A DNA stretch of 64,000 nucleotides from an uncultured virus (IMG/VR IMGVR_UViG_3300043438_001900) (lineage: Duplodnaviria; Heunggongvirae; Uroviricota; Caudoviricetes). The translations under genes and the position numbers were made by a program. The notes below the pieces were generated by a model that saw nothing but the letters and a program-made list of their open reading frames with translations, was not told the origin of the DNA and made no database searches. Below are positions 51,322 to 58,793 of this stretch, in pieces. Every line of letters begins with the position of its first letter. The first letter of the stretch is position 1. The DNA is taken from IMG/VR virus record IMGVR_UViG_3300043438_001900. One strand, given 5' to 3'.

Positions 51322-51394
51322 AGTTCCGTAGCTCAGTTGGGAGAGCATCTGCCTTACATGCAGAGGGTCACTGGTTCGAACCCAGTCGGAACTA
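51322..51394 (+). tRNA. tRNA-Val(TAC)
   Basis: Cloverleaf, loop CT-TAC-AT. Confidence 0.95.
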
Positions 51395-51403
51395 CAAATA
51401 CAC

Positions 51404-51475
51404 ATGGGTGTGGTGCAATGGTTAGCATAAGAGTCTCCAAAACTTTTGATGGGAGTTCGAGTCTCTCCACCCGTG
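51404..51475 (+). tRNA. tRNA-Trp(CCA)
   Basis: Cloverleaf, loop CT-CCA-AA. Confidence 0.93.
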
Positions 51476-51496
51476 CAAACTTTAAAAACAAATAAC

Positions 51497-51925
51497 ATGG
51501 AAAGAGATGACAACATCGATGCCGTCAAAATGAGATTTGAGGCGGAGAAAATGAAATTAAGGGAAGAAAGGGAAAAAACAATTAAACAGTATTGGGAAAA
51601 TTTACCAAAACTTAATAATCCTGAAGATGTACCAACACTCCCAAGAGTTGATGAAAAACAATGGAGGGAGTTTTATGTCCCAAAATTAATCGAAGCGGGA
51701 GCAATCCCAAAAAATGATTTAATTCATGGTCAAATTTATATTGGTGAACATAGAAACACAACCATCGCAAGATGGAATCAAGAAACAGATAAATTTGTAC
51801 ACATGAGATATAAGTTTGGTTGGAGAGAAGATGAATGTAATCACTTTGAGGATGATAATGGATTTGCGTTGTTTGTACCAATTAGATTGGGTACACAAGA
51901 AGAATGGGATGAAAGAATTAAATAA
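51497..51925 (+). CDS. Hypothetical protein within the tRNA array
   Basis: Likely start MERDD at 51497 (the longer ORF overlaps tRNA-Trp). Confidence 0.65.
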   Translation: MERDDNIDAVKMRFEAEKMKLREEREKTIKQYWENLPKLNNPEDVPTLPRVDEKQWREFYVPKLIEAGAIPKNDLIHGQIYIGEHRNTTIARWNQETDKFVHMRYKFGWREDECNHFEDDNGFALFVPIRLGTQEEWDERIK

Positions 51926-51932
51926 TTAAGTT

Positions 51933-52006
51933 ACTCTCGTAGTTCAATGGATTAGAACATTTCACTACGGATGAAAGGGTTGGGAGTTCGAGTCTCTCCG
52001 AGAGTA
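51933..52006 (+). tRNA. tRNA-Arg(ACG)
   Basis: Cloverleaf, loop CT-ACG-GA. Confidence 0.93.
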
Positions 52007-52012
52007 CGATAA

Positions 52013-52082
52013 GGTCAGTTTGGTCGTGGAGGCCGGTTAGTCTGCAAAATTAACGGAGTTGGTTCGATTCCAACATTGACCT
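52013..52082 (+). tRNA. tRNA-Cys(GCA)
   Basis: Cloverleaf with short D-arm, loop CT-GCA-AA, U73. Confidence 0.85.
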
Positions 52083-52088
52083 CAATAT

Positions 52089-52166
52089 GGTGGATATAGT
52101 TCAGTTGGTTAGAACGTCTGATTGTGGTTCAGAAGGTCGCCGGTTCGAATCCGGTTATTCACCCCA
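52089..52166 (+). tRNA. tRNA-His(GTG)
   Basis: G-1, C73, encoded CCA, loop TT-GTG-GT. Confidence 0.95.
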
Positions 52167-52169
52167 TAT

Positions 52170-52243
52170 TGGAATATAACTCAGTTGGTTAGAGTGTCAT
52201 CCTGATACGGTGAAAGTCGGTGGTTCGAGTCCACCTATTCCAA
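52170..52243 (+). tRNA. tRNA-Ile(GAT)
   Basis: Cloverleaf, loop CT-GAT-AC. Confidence 0.93.
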
Positions 52244-52250
52244 CAAACAT

Positions 52251-52324
52251 TGCGGGGTGGTCTGGAGAGGTTCCAGCTCGGTCTCATAAGCCGAATCACG
52301 TGGGTTCGATTCCCACTCCCGCAA
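52251..52324 (+). tRNA. tRNA-Met(CAT), initiator-like acceptor stem
   Basis: TGCGGGG acceptor, loop CT-CAT-AA; initiator versus elongator not resolved. Confidence 0.88.
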
Positions 52325-52388
52325 CTTTTTAAAAACATTTTGAAGTGTGACTTTTATTATGTATATTTGAAATGTTCTTTGATTTAAT

Positions 52389-52465
52389 GCCTCCTTAGCT
52401 CAGTTGGCCGGAGCGCCTCACTTGTAATGAGGATGTCGGCGGTTCGAATCCGTCAGGAGGCTCCA
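52389..52465 (+). tRNA. tRNA-Thr(TGT)
   Basis: Cloverleaf, loop CT-TGT-AA, encoded CCA. Confidence 0.95.
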
Positions 52466-52467
52466 TT

Positions 52468-52540
52468 GGTCCCGTGGTTGAATGGTTACAATTCCACCCT
52501 GTCACGGTGCGAGGTACGGGTTCGAATCCCGTCGGGACCG
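52468..52540 (+). tRNA. tRNA-Asp(GTC)
   Basis: Cloverleaf, loop CT-GTC-AC, G73. Confidence 0.92.
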
Positions 52541-52752
52541 CGTTGAGTAAGAGATACTCACTAAGTTTGGTAACGTTCTTTCAAGATGTTATAGTTGTCG
52601 CCTTCCACAACTTTAAAGAGGAGGTCGTCGGAGTATGGTCGTAACAAAACCACCGAGTATGTTTGACGTTTATGTGCGGGTAAGACCGTCTCGTGTTTTC
52701 AATACGAAAACAGAAGAAAAATCTACTCATTGGAATCTCAGGTGGGAAAATT

Positions 52753-52838
52753 GGAAGGATGGCAGAGTTGGTCTATCGCATCGGTCTTGAAAACCGAAGT
52801 ACTGAAAGGTACCGTGGGTTCGAATCCTACTCCTTCCG
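52753..52838 (+). tRNA. tRNA-Ser(TGA)
   Basis: Long variable arm, loop CT-TGA-AA, G73. Confidence 0.95.
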
Positions 52839-52884
52839 CAAACGATTGTTGTTCTTTGACAAATTAAAAACAAAATTAAAAGAT

Positions 52885-53175
52885 ATGGATACATTATCAT
52901 TTATTTTAGGAATGTCCTCGGTGGTGGTTATCGCAATTGCGGTAGTTGCTGTTAAAGGATTTTTTAAGGTCAGAAATGTTGAGAAACACTTCAATGAATA
53001 CAAACAAAACTTTACAGTTGAGTTTGATAATAGAACAAAAGATATTCATGATAGTATGAATCGTGTGAATGATGAATTACATCGTAGAATTGATAACACA
53101 GAAAGAGAAGTCTTTTCCCAATTAGACTCTCGATTAGATAAATTGGAAACTAAGTTAACGAGCCGTAAGGCATAA
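52885..53175 (+). CDS. Membrane-anchored coiled-coil protein
   Basis: Likely start MDTLSFILG at 52885; one TM then coiled coil. Confidence 0.7.
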   Translation: MDTLSFILGMSSVVVIAIAVVAVKGFFKVRNVEKHFNEYKQNFTVEFDNRTKDIHDSMNRVNDELHRRIDNTEREVFSQLDSRLDKLETKLTSRKA

Positions 53176-53209
53176 TAAATAAATCGTTAAAGACAACAAT
53201 CGTTTATAT

Positions 53210-53281
53210 GGCCCTTTCGACTATCGGTTAGGTCGTCAGGTTTTCATCCTGAAAAGTCGGGTTCGATTCCCGGAGGGGCTA
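53210..53281 (+). tRNA. tRNA-Glu(TTC)
   Basis: Cloverleaf, loop TT-TTC-AT. Confidence 0.93.
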
Positions 53282-53304
53282 CAATGGAATTAAATTAAAC
53301 CAAT

Positions 53305-53544
53305 ATGTTAGAAAGAATATTAGGAATTTACGAAGATGAAGGATTACTTATCGCTGATGGATTCGATGATGCAGTAATTGGAATTGATGAATCGTCAATG
53401 AGAGTAATCTATTCGGTTGCCAAATGTCTCCACATTTTAGAACGTGATATGGAGATGATTGATGCGATTGAATACTTTGAATTTAACGTAAAAGGCGCAT
53501 ACGTTGGAGACAAGACTCCGATATGGTGTGAAGATTTTTTTTAA
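53305..53544 (+). CDS. Hypothetical protein
   Basis: ADGFDDAVIG...EYFEFNVKGAYVGDKTPIW, 79 aa. Confidence 0.65.
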   Translation: MLERILGIYEDEGLLIADGFDDAVIGIDESSMRVIYSVAKCLHILERDMEMIDAIEYFEFNVKGAYVGDKTPIWCEDFF

Positions 53545-53546
53545 TT

Positions 53547-53756
53547 ATGATTAATTATTTAGGTTACTTCGCAACATTCTTAACTCTACTTTCTTTTTCT
53601 TTTAAAAATATTACAAAATTAAGAATTGTTAGTTCAACGTCATGTGTGTTTTGGATTGTTTATGGGTGTTTAAAAAATGATTATCCAATCATCAGCACAA
53701 ATGTTTTAATAATCATAATACATGTGTACTACCTACTAAAAACAAAAAATAAATAA
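53547..53756 (+). CDS. Small membrane protein (YgjV/PQ-loop-like)
   Basis: LGYFAT..LLSF...LRIV...FWIVYG...YPII..N. Confidence 0.65.
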   Translation: MINYLGYFATFLTLLSFSFKNITKLRIVSSTSCVFWIVYGCLKNDYPIISTNVLIIIIHVYYLLKTKNK

Positions 53757-53789
53757 ACTTTTGTATATTTGTATATACTTATTAAAACA

Positions 53790-53888
53790 ATGATGAACTT
53801 GGATAACATACAACAACTGTCTAACAACCCGATAAGTGGTAATGGGAGAGGTACGTATTTATGTCACCCAAGTTCGGAATCCAAATGA
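53790..53888 (+). CDS. Putative attenuator leader peptide 2 (MMNLDNIQQLSNNPISGNGRGTYLCHPSSESK)
   Basis: 32-codon ORF after TATATTTG (53764-71) and before a terminator; its codons match the block-2 tRNAs. Confidence 0.75.
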   Translation: MMNLDNIQQLSNNPISGNGRGTYLCHPSSESK

Positions 53889-53916
53889 ATGTAAGAATTT
53901 TAAACTCTATACTCAC

Positions 53917-53953
53917 GAGACCCGAACATCCCAAAAAGATTTTCGGGTTTTTT
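53917..53953 (+). terminator. Attenuator terminator 2
   Basis: AGACCCGAA-C-ATC / GAT-T-TTCGGGTTT plus T-run; CCGAAC complementary to GTTCGG (53872-77) in the leader. Confidence 0.8.
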
Positions 53954-54016
53954 GTTTTTAGAGATATTCTTTTGTATATTTGTGATGTAGTTCTTTGACA
54001 TGTTGGTGAAAAAAAT

Positions 54017-54101
54017 GCTGAGGTGATGGAATGGTAGACATGACAGACTTAAAATCTGTTGAGTAGTAATGCTCGTGTGGGTTCGACTCCCATCCTCAGT
54101 A
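54017..54101 (+). tRNA. tRNA-Leu(TAA)
   Basis: Long variable arm, loop CT-TAA-AA. Confidence 0.95.
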
Positions 54102-54312
54102 CAAAAAACAATACCTTACATAAGACGGATTAGCACCGTTGAAAGGAACCTTGGCTTCAATCGGAGTAATTACCGTAACCGAAGTAATAATGACCCAAGG
54201 TACTATGTGATGGACCCTGCTCTATGGTGCACTCATAACAGGTGAACAGTAAACTATGTTCAATCAAATTCAAAACCACGGTGAGCGTGGAAGGTATTGT
54301 TTTTTATTTAAC

Positions 54313-54387
54313 GCACCCGTAGCTCAGCTGGATTAGAGCAACTGCCTTCTAAGCAGTAGGTCACAGGTTCGAATCCTGTCGGGTGTA
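54313..54387 (+). tRNA. tRNA-Arg(TCT)
   Basis: Cloverleaf, loop CT-TCT-AA. Confidence 0.95.
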
Positions 54388-54428
54388 CAAATGGAGTCCT
54401 TTACTTTATCCTTTTATATTCATATAAT

Positions 54429-55073
54429 ATGGAAAAAAGTATGAGATATAAAAAAAAATTAAACAGTGAGTGTAAATGGTGTGGGGAAACCTTTAATGTA
54501 GAAGATAAACCAAAAGGTTTCATGGCAAATCATAGTAGATGGTGTGTAAAAAACCCAAATAAAAATGATTACATGAAAACTCTATCAAAAAATAGAAAAT
54601 CAATTACCGAAGAATCCAGAAAATTGGCAGGAAAATCGATATCGAAAGCATGGGAAAACGGTTCGTATTCTCATGTTAAGTTTAATAGCTTCCAAGGAAG
54701 AACACACACCGAAGAAGCGAAAGAAAAAATAAGAAGAGCACAACTATTATTAAATTACCGAAGACTTAGAAAACATCAAGTAATGTATAAAGATGTGTTA
54801 TTAGATAGTAGTTGGGAATTAGCGTTAGCAATCCGTTTAGATGAATTAAACATAAAATGGATACGACCTGAACGCATTATGTGGATTGATAAAAATAATT
54901 TAAAACGTTCATATTATCCTGATTTTTATTTAAACGATTATGATATGTATTTGGACCCAAAAAATCCAGCGGCATATCAAAATCAAATTGAAAAAATTGA
55001 AATTTTAAAAAACACAATTCCAAATTTAAAGTTCATTTTAAGTTTGAAAGAATGTAAGGAGTTTAACATATAG
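54429..55073 (+). CDS. Free-standing homing-endonuclease-like protein (Zn finger + NUMOD3-like + PD-(D/E)XK)
   Basis: CKWC...HSRWC; GRTHTEEAKEKIR; DSSWE...YYPDFYL...YLDPKN. Confidence 0.75.
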   Translation: MEKSMRYKKKLNSECKWCGETFNVEDKPKGFMANHSRWCVKNPNKNDYMKTLSKNRKSITEESRKLAGKSISKAWENGSYSHVKFNSFQGRTHTEEAKEKIRRAQLLLNYRRLRKHQVMYKDVLLDSSWELALAIRLDELNIKWIRPERIMWIDKNNLKRSYYPDFYLNDYDMYLDPKNPAAYQNQIEKIEILKNTIPNLKFILSLKECKEFNI

Positions 55074-55145
55074 GGAATTAGCGTAGTTCGGTATCGCGCT
55101 TGGTTTGGGACCAAGAGGTCGTCAGTTCGAATCTGGCATTCCCTA
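55072..55145 (+). tRNA. tRNA-Pro(TGG)
   Basis: Cloverleaf, loop TT-TGG-GA. Confidence 0.93.
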
Positions 55146-55150
55146 CAAAT

Positions 55151-55224
55151 TCCTCGATAGCTCAGTCGGTTAGAGCATTTGACTGTTAATCAAAGGGTCC
55201 CAAGTTCGAGTCTTGGTCGGGGAG
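55151..55224 (+). tRNA. tRNA-Asn(GTT)
   Basis: Cloverleaf, loop CT-GTT-AA. Confidence 0.95.
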
Positions 55225-55233
55225 CAAATAAAT

Positions 55234-55307
55234 ACCTTCGTAGGAGAACTGGTATATCCACTGCACTTAGGATGCAGATTTTGTGGGTTCGAATCCCACC
55301 GAAGGTA
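55234..55307 (+). tRNA. tRNA-Leu(TAG) with short variable loop
   Basis: Cloverleaf, loop CT-TAG-GA, variable region only ATTTT. Confidence 0.85.
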
Positions 55308-55312
55308 CAAAT

Positions 55313-55440
55313 AGTCAGGTGGCGGAAAGATTACGGCGCTGGGATAAAAACTGGGGCCTTGATAATCGTGGTAGACGCCCTGTTTCTAGACGATGGCCGA
55401 AAGCAAGATTTCGGTACAGGTTCAAATCCTGTCCTGACTA
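55313..55440 (+). ncRNA. tRNA-like RNA with D-loop insertion and irregular anticodon arm
   Basis: Acceptor AGTCAGG/CCTGACT-A, T-arm ACAGG-TTCAAAT-CCTGT, Leu-type TGGCGGAA...TGGTAGACGC split by ~40 nt. Confidence 0.75.
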
Positions 55441-55450
55441 CAAACATTAT

Positions 55451-55532
55451 TGGAAGGTGGGTGAGTGGTTAAAACCGACAGACTGTAAATCTGTTCCCAT
55501 TGGGTACGGGGGTTCAAATCCCTCCCTTCCAA
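55451..55532 (+). tRNA. tRNA-Tyr(GTA)
   Basis: Long variable arm, loop CT-GTA-AA. Confidence 0.95.
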
Positions 55533-55548
55533 CTTAAAAATTATTATT

Positions 55549-56124
55549 ATGGCAAGAAGTAAAATTTTATCTGACTTATTAAAATCCATAACTCCTGAAA
55601 TGGAAGAAAAGTGGAAACAGGAAAGAATGAATTATAAAAAAAGTTTAAGTATCGAATATCAATTGGGGTATTATGTTGGGTTGGAAATTGTACATCGTTA
55701 CTTACCAACACTATCAACTGATATGATTCAATCGAATTATGTAATTGAGGTATCTCAGATGGATTCTGAGGAGAACAAACGATTAGAAGTGGAATGGTTC
55801 ACAACCACCAAACACGGTGGAGAATGGGATGGTAAAAGTGATAACGGTAATAAAGAAAGATGGGATGATTTATTTGACCACAATAAAATGTTGGAGGTAA
55901 AATATCTACCACATACTTTAACATGTCACATGGATGTTTTGAACATCAACGACATGAAACAATTTAAAGAGGGAATAAGAACAAGTCTATGGGATTGTGA
56001 TATGTGTTCATATAATATCGATATCGAAAACATAAAAATTTATGACGATGAGGATATTAGATTTACAATTATTGAATTCACATTGGATTCATTAAATGAT
56101 ACTAAAACAGATGAAGAGATTTAA
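55549..56124 (+). CDS. Hypothetical protein
   Basis: 191-aa ORF. Confidence 0.6.
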   Translation: MARSKILSDLLKSITPEMEEKWKQERMNYKKSLSIEYQLGYYVGLEIVHRYLPTLSTDMIQSNYVIEVSQMDSEENKRLEVEWFTTTKHGGEWDGKSDNGNKERWDDLFDHNKMLEVKYLPHTLTCHMDVLNINDMKQFKEGIRTSLWDCDMCSYNIDIENIKIYDDEDIRFTIIEFTLDSLNDTKTDEEI

Positions 56125-56800
56125 GATTATATCAGTAGTGGTGGTAACACTAACAATTTTATTTGCGTCACTCATGTTAATTTCAAGTCAATCCTTGAAA
56201 AGTGTGAAGGTAAAAAAAGATGTGGTTAAATCACCGTCTTTAAATGTGGATACGGTTGTTGATGTGAATGGTAAACATGTTTTGTTTATTGGTGATTCTC
56301 ACACCGCAAATCATGACTTTGGTTGGCAAGTTATTCTGTGTCAGAAAACGGGGATGAAAATGAATAACACCGCAGTTATAGGTAAACACTTACCATGGAT
56401 GGTATCTGTCGCAAGACAAACAATTTCACCCTATTATGATTATTGTTTTATCTACGGTGGTGCAAATGATATCCATGGAAATCGAAATCCATATTCTGTT
56501 GTTAAAGACGTTCAGAAGATTGTTGAGATGTGCACAATGAATGGGGTTGAGGCAATTGTTCTTACAGGGTTTAATGCAGAAGAATGTGTTAGACCGTTAA
56601 AAGGACAAGAATTTTATCCAAAGGCGTACACTCGTTATCAAAAAATATTGATGGATAGTATCGTAGATGCAACTGTTGTTGATACAAGAGTGGTGGTGAG
56701 AACGGATTGCGGTGATTGGACTTGTCACATGCACCCAACGGGACATAGAAAAGTGGCAAACGCAGTTATTAAACAAATGAACTTTAAAACAAAAAACTGA
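56096..56800 (+). CDS. Membrane-anchored SGNH/GDSL hydrolase
   Basis: N-terminal TM; FIGDSHT, GGAND, HMHPTGHRKVA. Confidence 0.85.
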   Translation: MILKQMKRFKIISVVVVTLTILFASLMLISSQSLKSVKVKKDVVKSPSLNVDTVVDVNGKHVLFIGDSHTANHDFGWQVILCQKTGMKMNNTAVIGKHLPWMVSVARQTISPYYDYCFIYGGANDIHGNRNPYSVVKDVQKIVEMCTMNGVEAIVLTGFNAEECVRPLKGQEFYPKAYTRYQKILMDSIVDATVVDTRVVVRTDCGDWTCHMHPTGHRKVANAVIKQMNFKTKN

Positions 56801-57405
56801 TGACAAAATATACCTTAGTAATCGGTGGTTGGGAGTTGAACGCTTCCGGTCATCAACTCACAAACGAAGAAGTTGTAAAACTTAGAAACCACATGTCTGA
56901 AAATGGTATCGATGATTTAAGTTCAATGGGATTTGACATTGAAGAAGTTTTAAATTATGATATATTCGATGCGAATATGTGGGTGATGGATAAACCTCTT
57001 TGGAATGGTACACCACACTTCATGGTATTCAAATCGGATGACATGGAAAATAGAGTTCTTGAATTCGAAGAAAAAGAAATGTCTGACCATTATGAAGTAG
57101 ATGAAGATGCAGATTACGGTGACACATTTAACGGATTTCCAATTGAAGGTGAGGAGGAAAATATCATCCTTTGGTTAGAAGAAAATAAAGGATGGGTATG
57201 TGACTTTGAATTTGAGTCTGATGAAATTCCAACTGCAAAAGATTTCAGTATGGTTGGTGGTTGTATTGAAACACCTAACGGAGATTGGGACTTTATTGAT
57301 AAAATGTACTTCAAGGGTAAAGAACTTCAGATGGACTTTAACCACCAAGAAACTCGAGGTAAGGCATTAACAATAGAACTTTGGACATTAGAGAATACCA
57401 AATAA
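56800..57405 (+). CDS. Hypothetical acidic protein
   Basis: 201-aa ORF, coupled. Confidence 0.6.
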   Translation: MTKYTLVIGGWELNASGHQLTNEEVVKLRNHMSENGIDDLSSMGFDIEEVLNYDIFDANMWVMDKPLWNGTPHFMVFKSDDMENRVLEFEEKEMSDHYEVDEDADYGDTFNGFPIEGEEENIILWLEENKGWVCDFEFESDEIPTAKDFSMVGGCIETPNGDWDFIDKMYFKGKELQMDFNHQETRGKALTIELWTLENTK

Positions 57406-57413
57406 TTCTTTAA

Positions 57414-57487
57414 GGACCCTTAGCTCAGTTGGTTAGAGCAACTGACTCATAATCAGTAGGTCACAGGTTCGAGCCCTGTAGGGTCCA
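57414..57487 (+). tRNA. tRNA(CAT), probably Ile2 (lysidine, reads AUA)
   Basis: Loop CT-CAT-AA; GGACCCTTAGCTCAG body resembles Ile2 tRNAs; leader 2 contains two ATA codons. Confidence 0.85.
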
Positions 57488-57620
57488 CACATGTGGTCGT
57501 ACACTTAACTCCAATACCCGAAAGGGAAATCGTTATGTGAAGGCCACTCCCCTTGGTAGACCTTAAAAAGGGCCCTTCCGTTGGTACGACAACGGCTCGC
57601 TGGGCCCGGGTCTACTTTTT

Positions 57621-57692
57621 GCGAATATCGTATAGTGGTTATTACTCCATCCTTCCAAGTTGGAGACGACAGTTCGATTCTGTCTATTCGCT
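57621..57692 (+). tRNA. tRNA-Gly(TCC)
   Basis: GCG acceptor, loop CT-TCC-AA, U73. Confidence 0.92.
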
Positions 57693-57697
57693 CATAT

Positions 57698-57768
57698 TAT
57701 CCTCTCGTCTAATGGCAGGACCTCAGATTTTGATTCTGATTGTCGAGGTTCGAATCCTCGGGGGATAA
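57698..57768 (+). tRNA. tRNA-Gln(TTG)
   Basis: U1-A72, loop TT-TTG-AT. Confidence 0.93.
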
Positions 57769-57781
57769 CTAAAAACACAAT

Positions 57782-57870
57782 GGAAGGTTACCCAAGTTGG
57801 TGAAGGGGGCAGTTTGCTAAATTGTTAGGGTGTCACAGCCGCGAGGGTTCGAGCCCCTCACCTTCCGCCA
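57782..57870 (+). tRNA. tRNA-Ser(GCT)
   Basis: Long variable arm, loop TT-GCT-AA, G-CCA end. Confidence 0.93.
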
Positions 57871-57903
57871 CATAAAAAATATACTTATGATAAACTAAAG
57901 GAC

Positions 57904-58365
57904 ATGAAAATTTTTAAGACATTACACGGAACACCGGTAAATGACATCATCAACTACATCAAAGATTACCTAAAAGGACGAGAAGACGTTGAACTATTAA
58001 TTGGTTCAGACTCACAATCGTTTAGTAATTCTAAAACAGTGTATGGGGTTGTTATTGCTCTTTACACAAAAGGAAAAGGTGCACACGTGTTATGTACTAA
58101 AGATACAACTCCTTTTGAAAAAGACACATCTAGTAGATTAATGACTGAGGTATGGAAGGCGGTAGAAATTGCTGAGTTCCTTAGAGAAAATGGATTACCA
58201 AGGGCATCATGGATTGATATCGACTTGAATCCTGACCCAAGATATAAATCAAACAAAGTTCTAAGACAGGCGGTTGGTTTAGTTGAAGGTATGGGTTATA
58301 GAGTTAGATATAAACATAACGGTGCAATGATAACCTATAGTGCGAACCACTTAGTAAGAATATAA
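57904..58365 (+). CDS. RNase H-like YkuK (DUF458) family protein
   Basis: IGSDSQ, RLMTEVWKAVEIA, IDIDLN, SANH. Confidence 0.8.
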   Translation: MKIFKTLHGTPVNDIINYIKDYLKGREDVELLIGSDSQSFSNSKTVYGVVIALYTKGKGAHVLCTKDTTPFEKDTSSRLMTEVWKAVEIAEFLRENGLPRASWIDIDLNPDPRYKSNKVLRQAVGLVEGMGYRVRYKHNGAMITYSANHLVRI

Positions 58366-58793
58366 TGGAAAAGAACATCAACATAGTTAACAGACGTGCA
58401 AAATTCGAATATCATTTTATTGATACCCTCATTGCGGGGGTATCATTGAATGGTGTTGAAGTTAAGTTCATTAGGAAGGGACATTTAACTTTTACACCTG
58501 ATTCGTTTTGTCATTTTCAAAATGGTGAACTGTTCTTAAAGAATGTTACCATATCGGGAATTGGTGATGATAACATGAAGAGAGATAGAAAATTGTTACT
58601 CAAGAAAAAAGAGTTGACTAAACTTAATAAAGAACTCACCAACGGTTTAACAATTATACCATATCGTTTATTTGAGAATGATAGAGGAATGTTTAAAGTT
58701 GAAGTGTGTCTTGCCAAAGGAAAAAAACTTCACGATAAACGTGAGACAATTAAAGAAAGAGATATTCAAAGGGAAATAAAAAATTTCCACTAA
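58365..58793 (+). CDS. smpB: SsrA-binding protein SmpB
   Basis: NRRAKFEY, AGVSLNGVEVKFIR, RDRKLLLKKKE, GLTIIP, LAKGKKLHDKRETIKERD. Confidence 0.93.
   Translation: MEKNINIVNRRAKFEYHFIDTLIAGVSLNGVEVKFIRKGHLTFTPDSFCHFQNGELFLKNVTISGIGDDNMKRDRKLLLKKKELTKLNKELTNGLTIIPYRLFENDRGMFKVEVCLAKGKKLHDKRETIKERDIQREIKNFH

Noticed and set aside
55381..55396. Amber (TAG) recoding of the genome suggested by the CTA in the tRNA-like RNA
   Set aside because: Core genes are full-length in the standard code and TAG ends genes at plausible places (40357, 41427, 55073).
50881..57768. ORFs 50881..51294, 51316..51528, 55179..55472, 55283..55537, 57553..57768 and the 5' extensions of 51446 and 52693
   Set aside because: They overlap clear tRNA genes.
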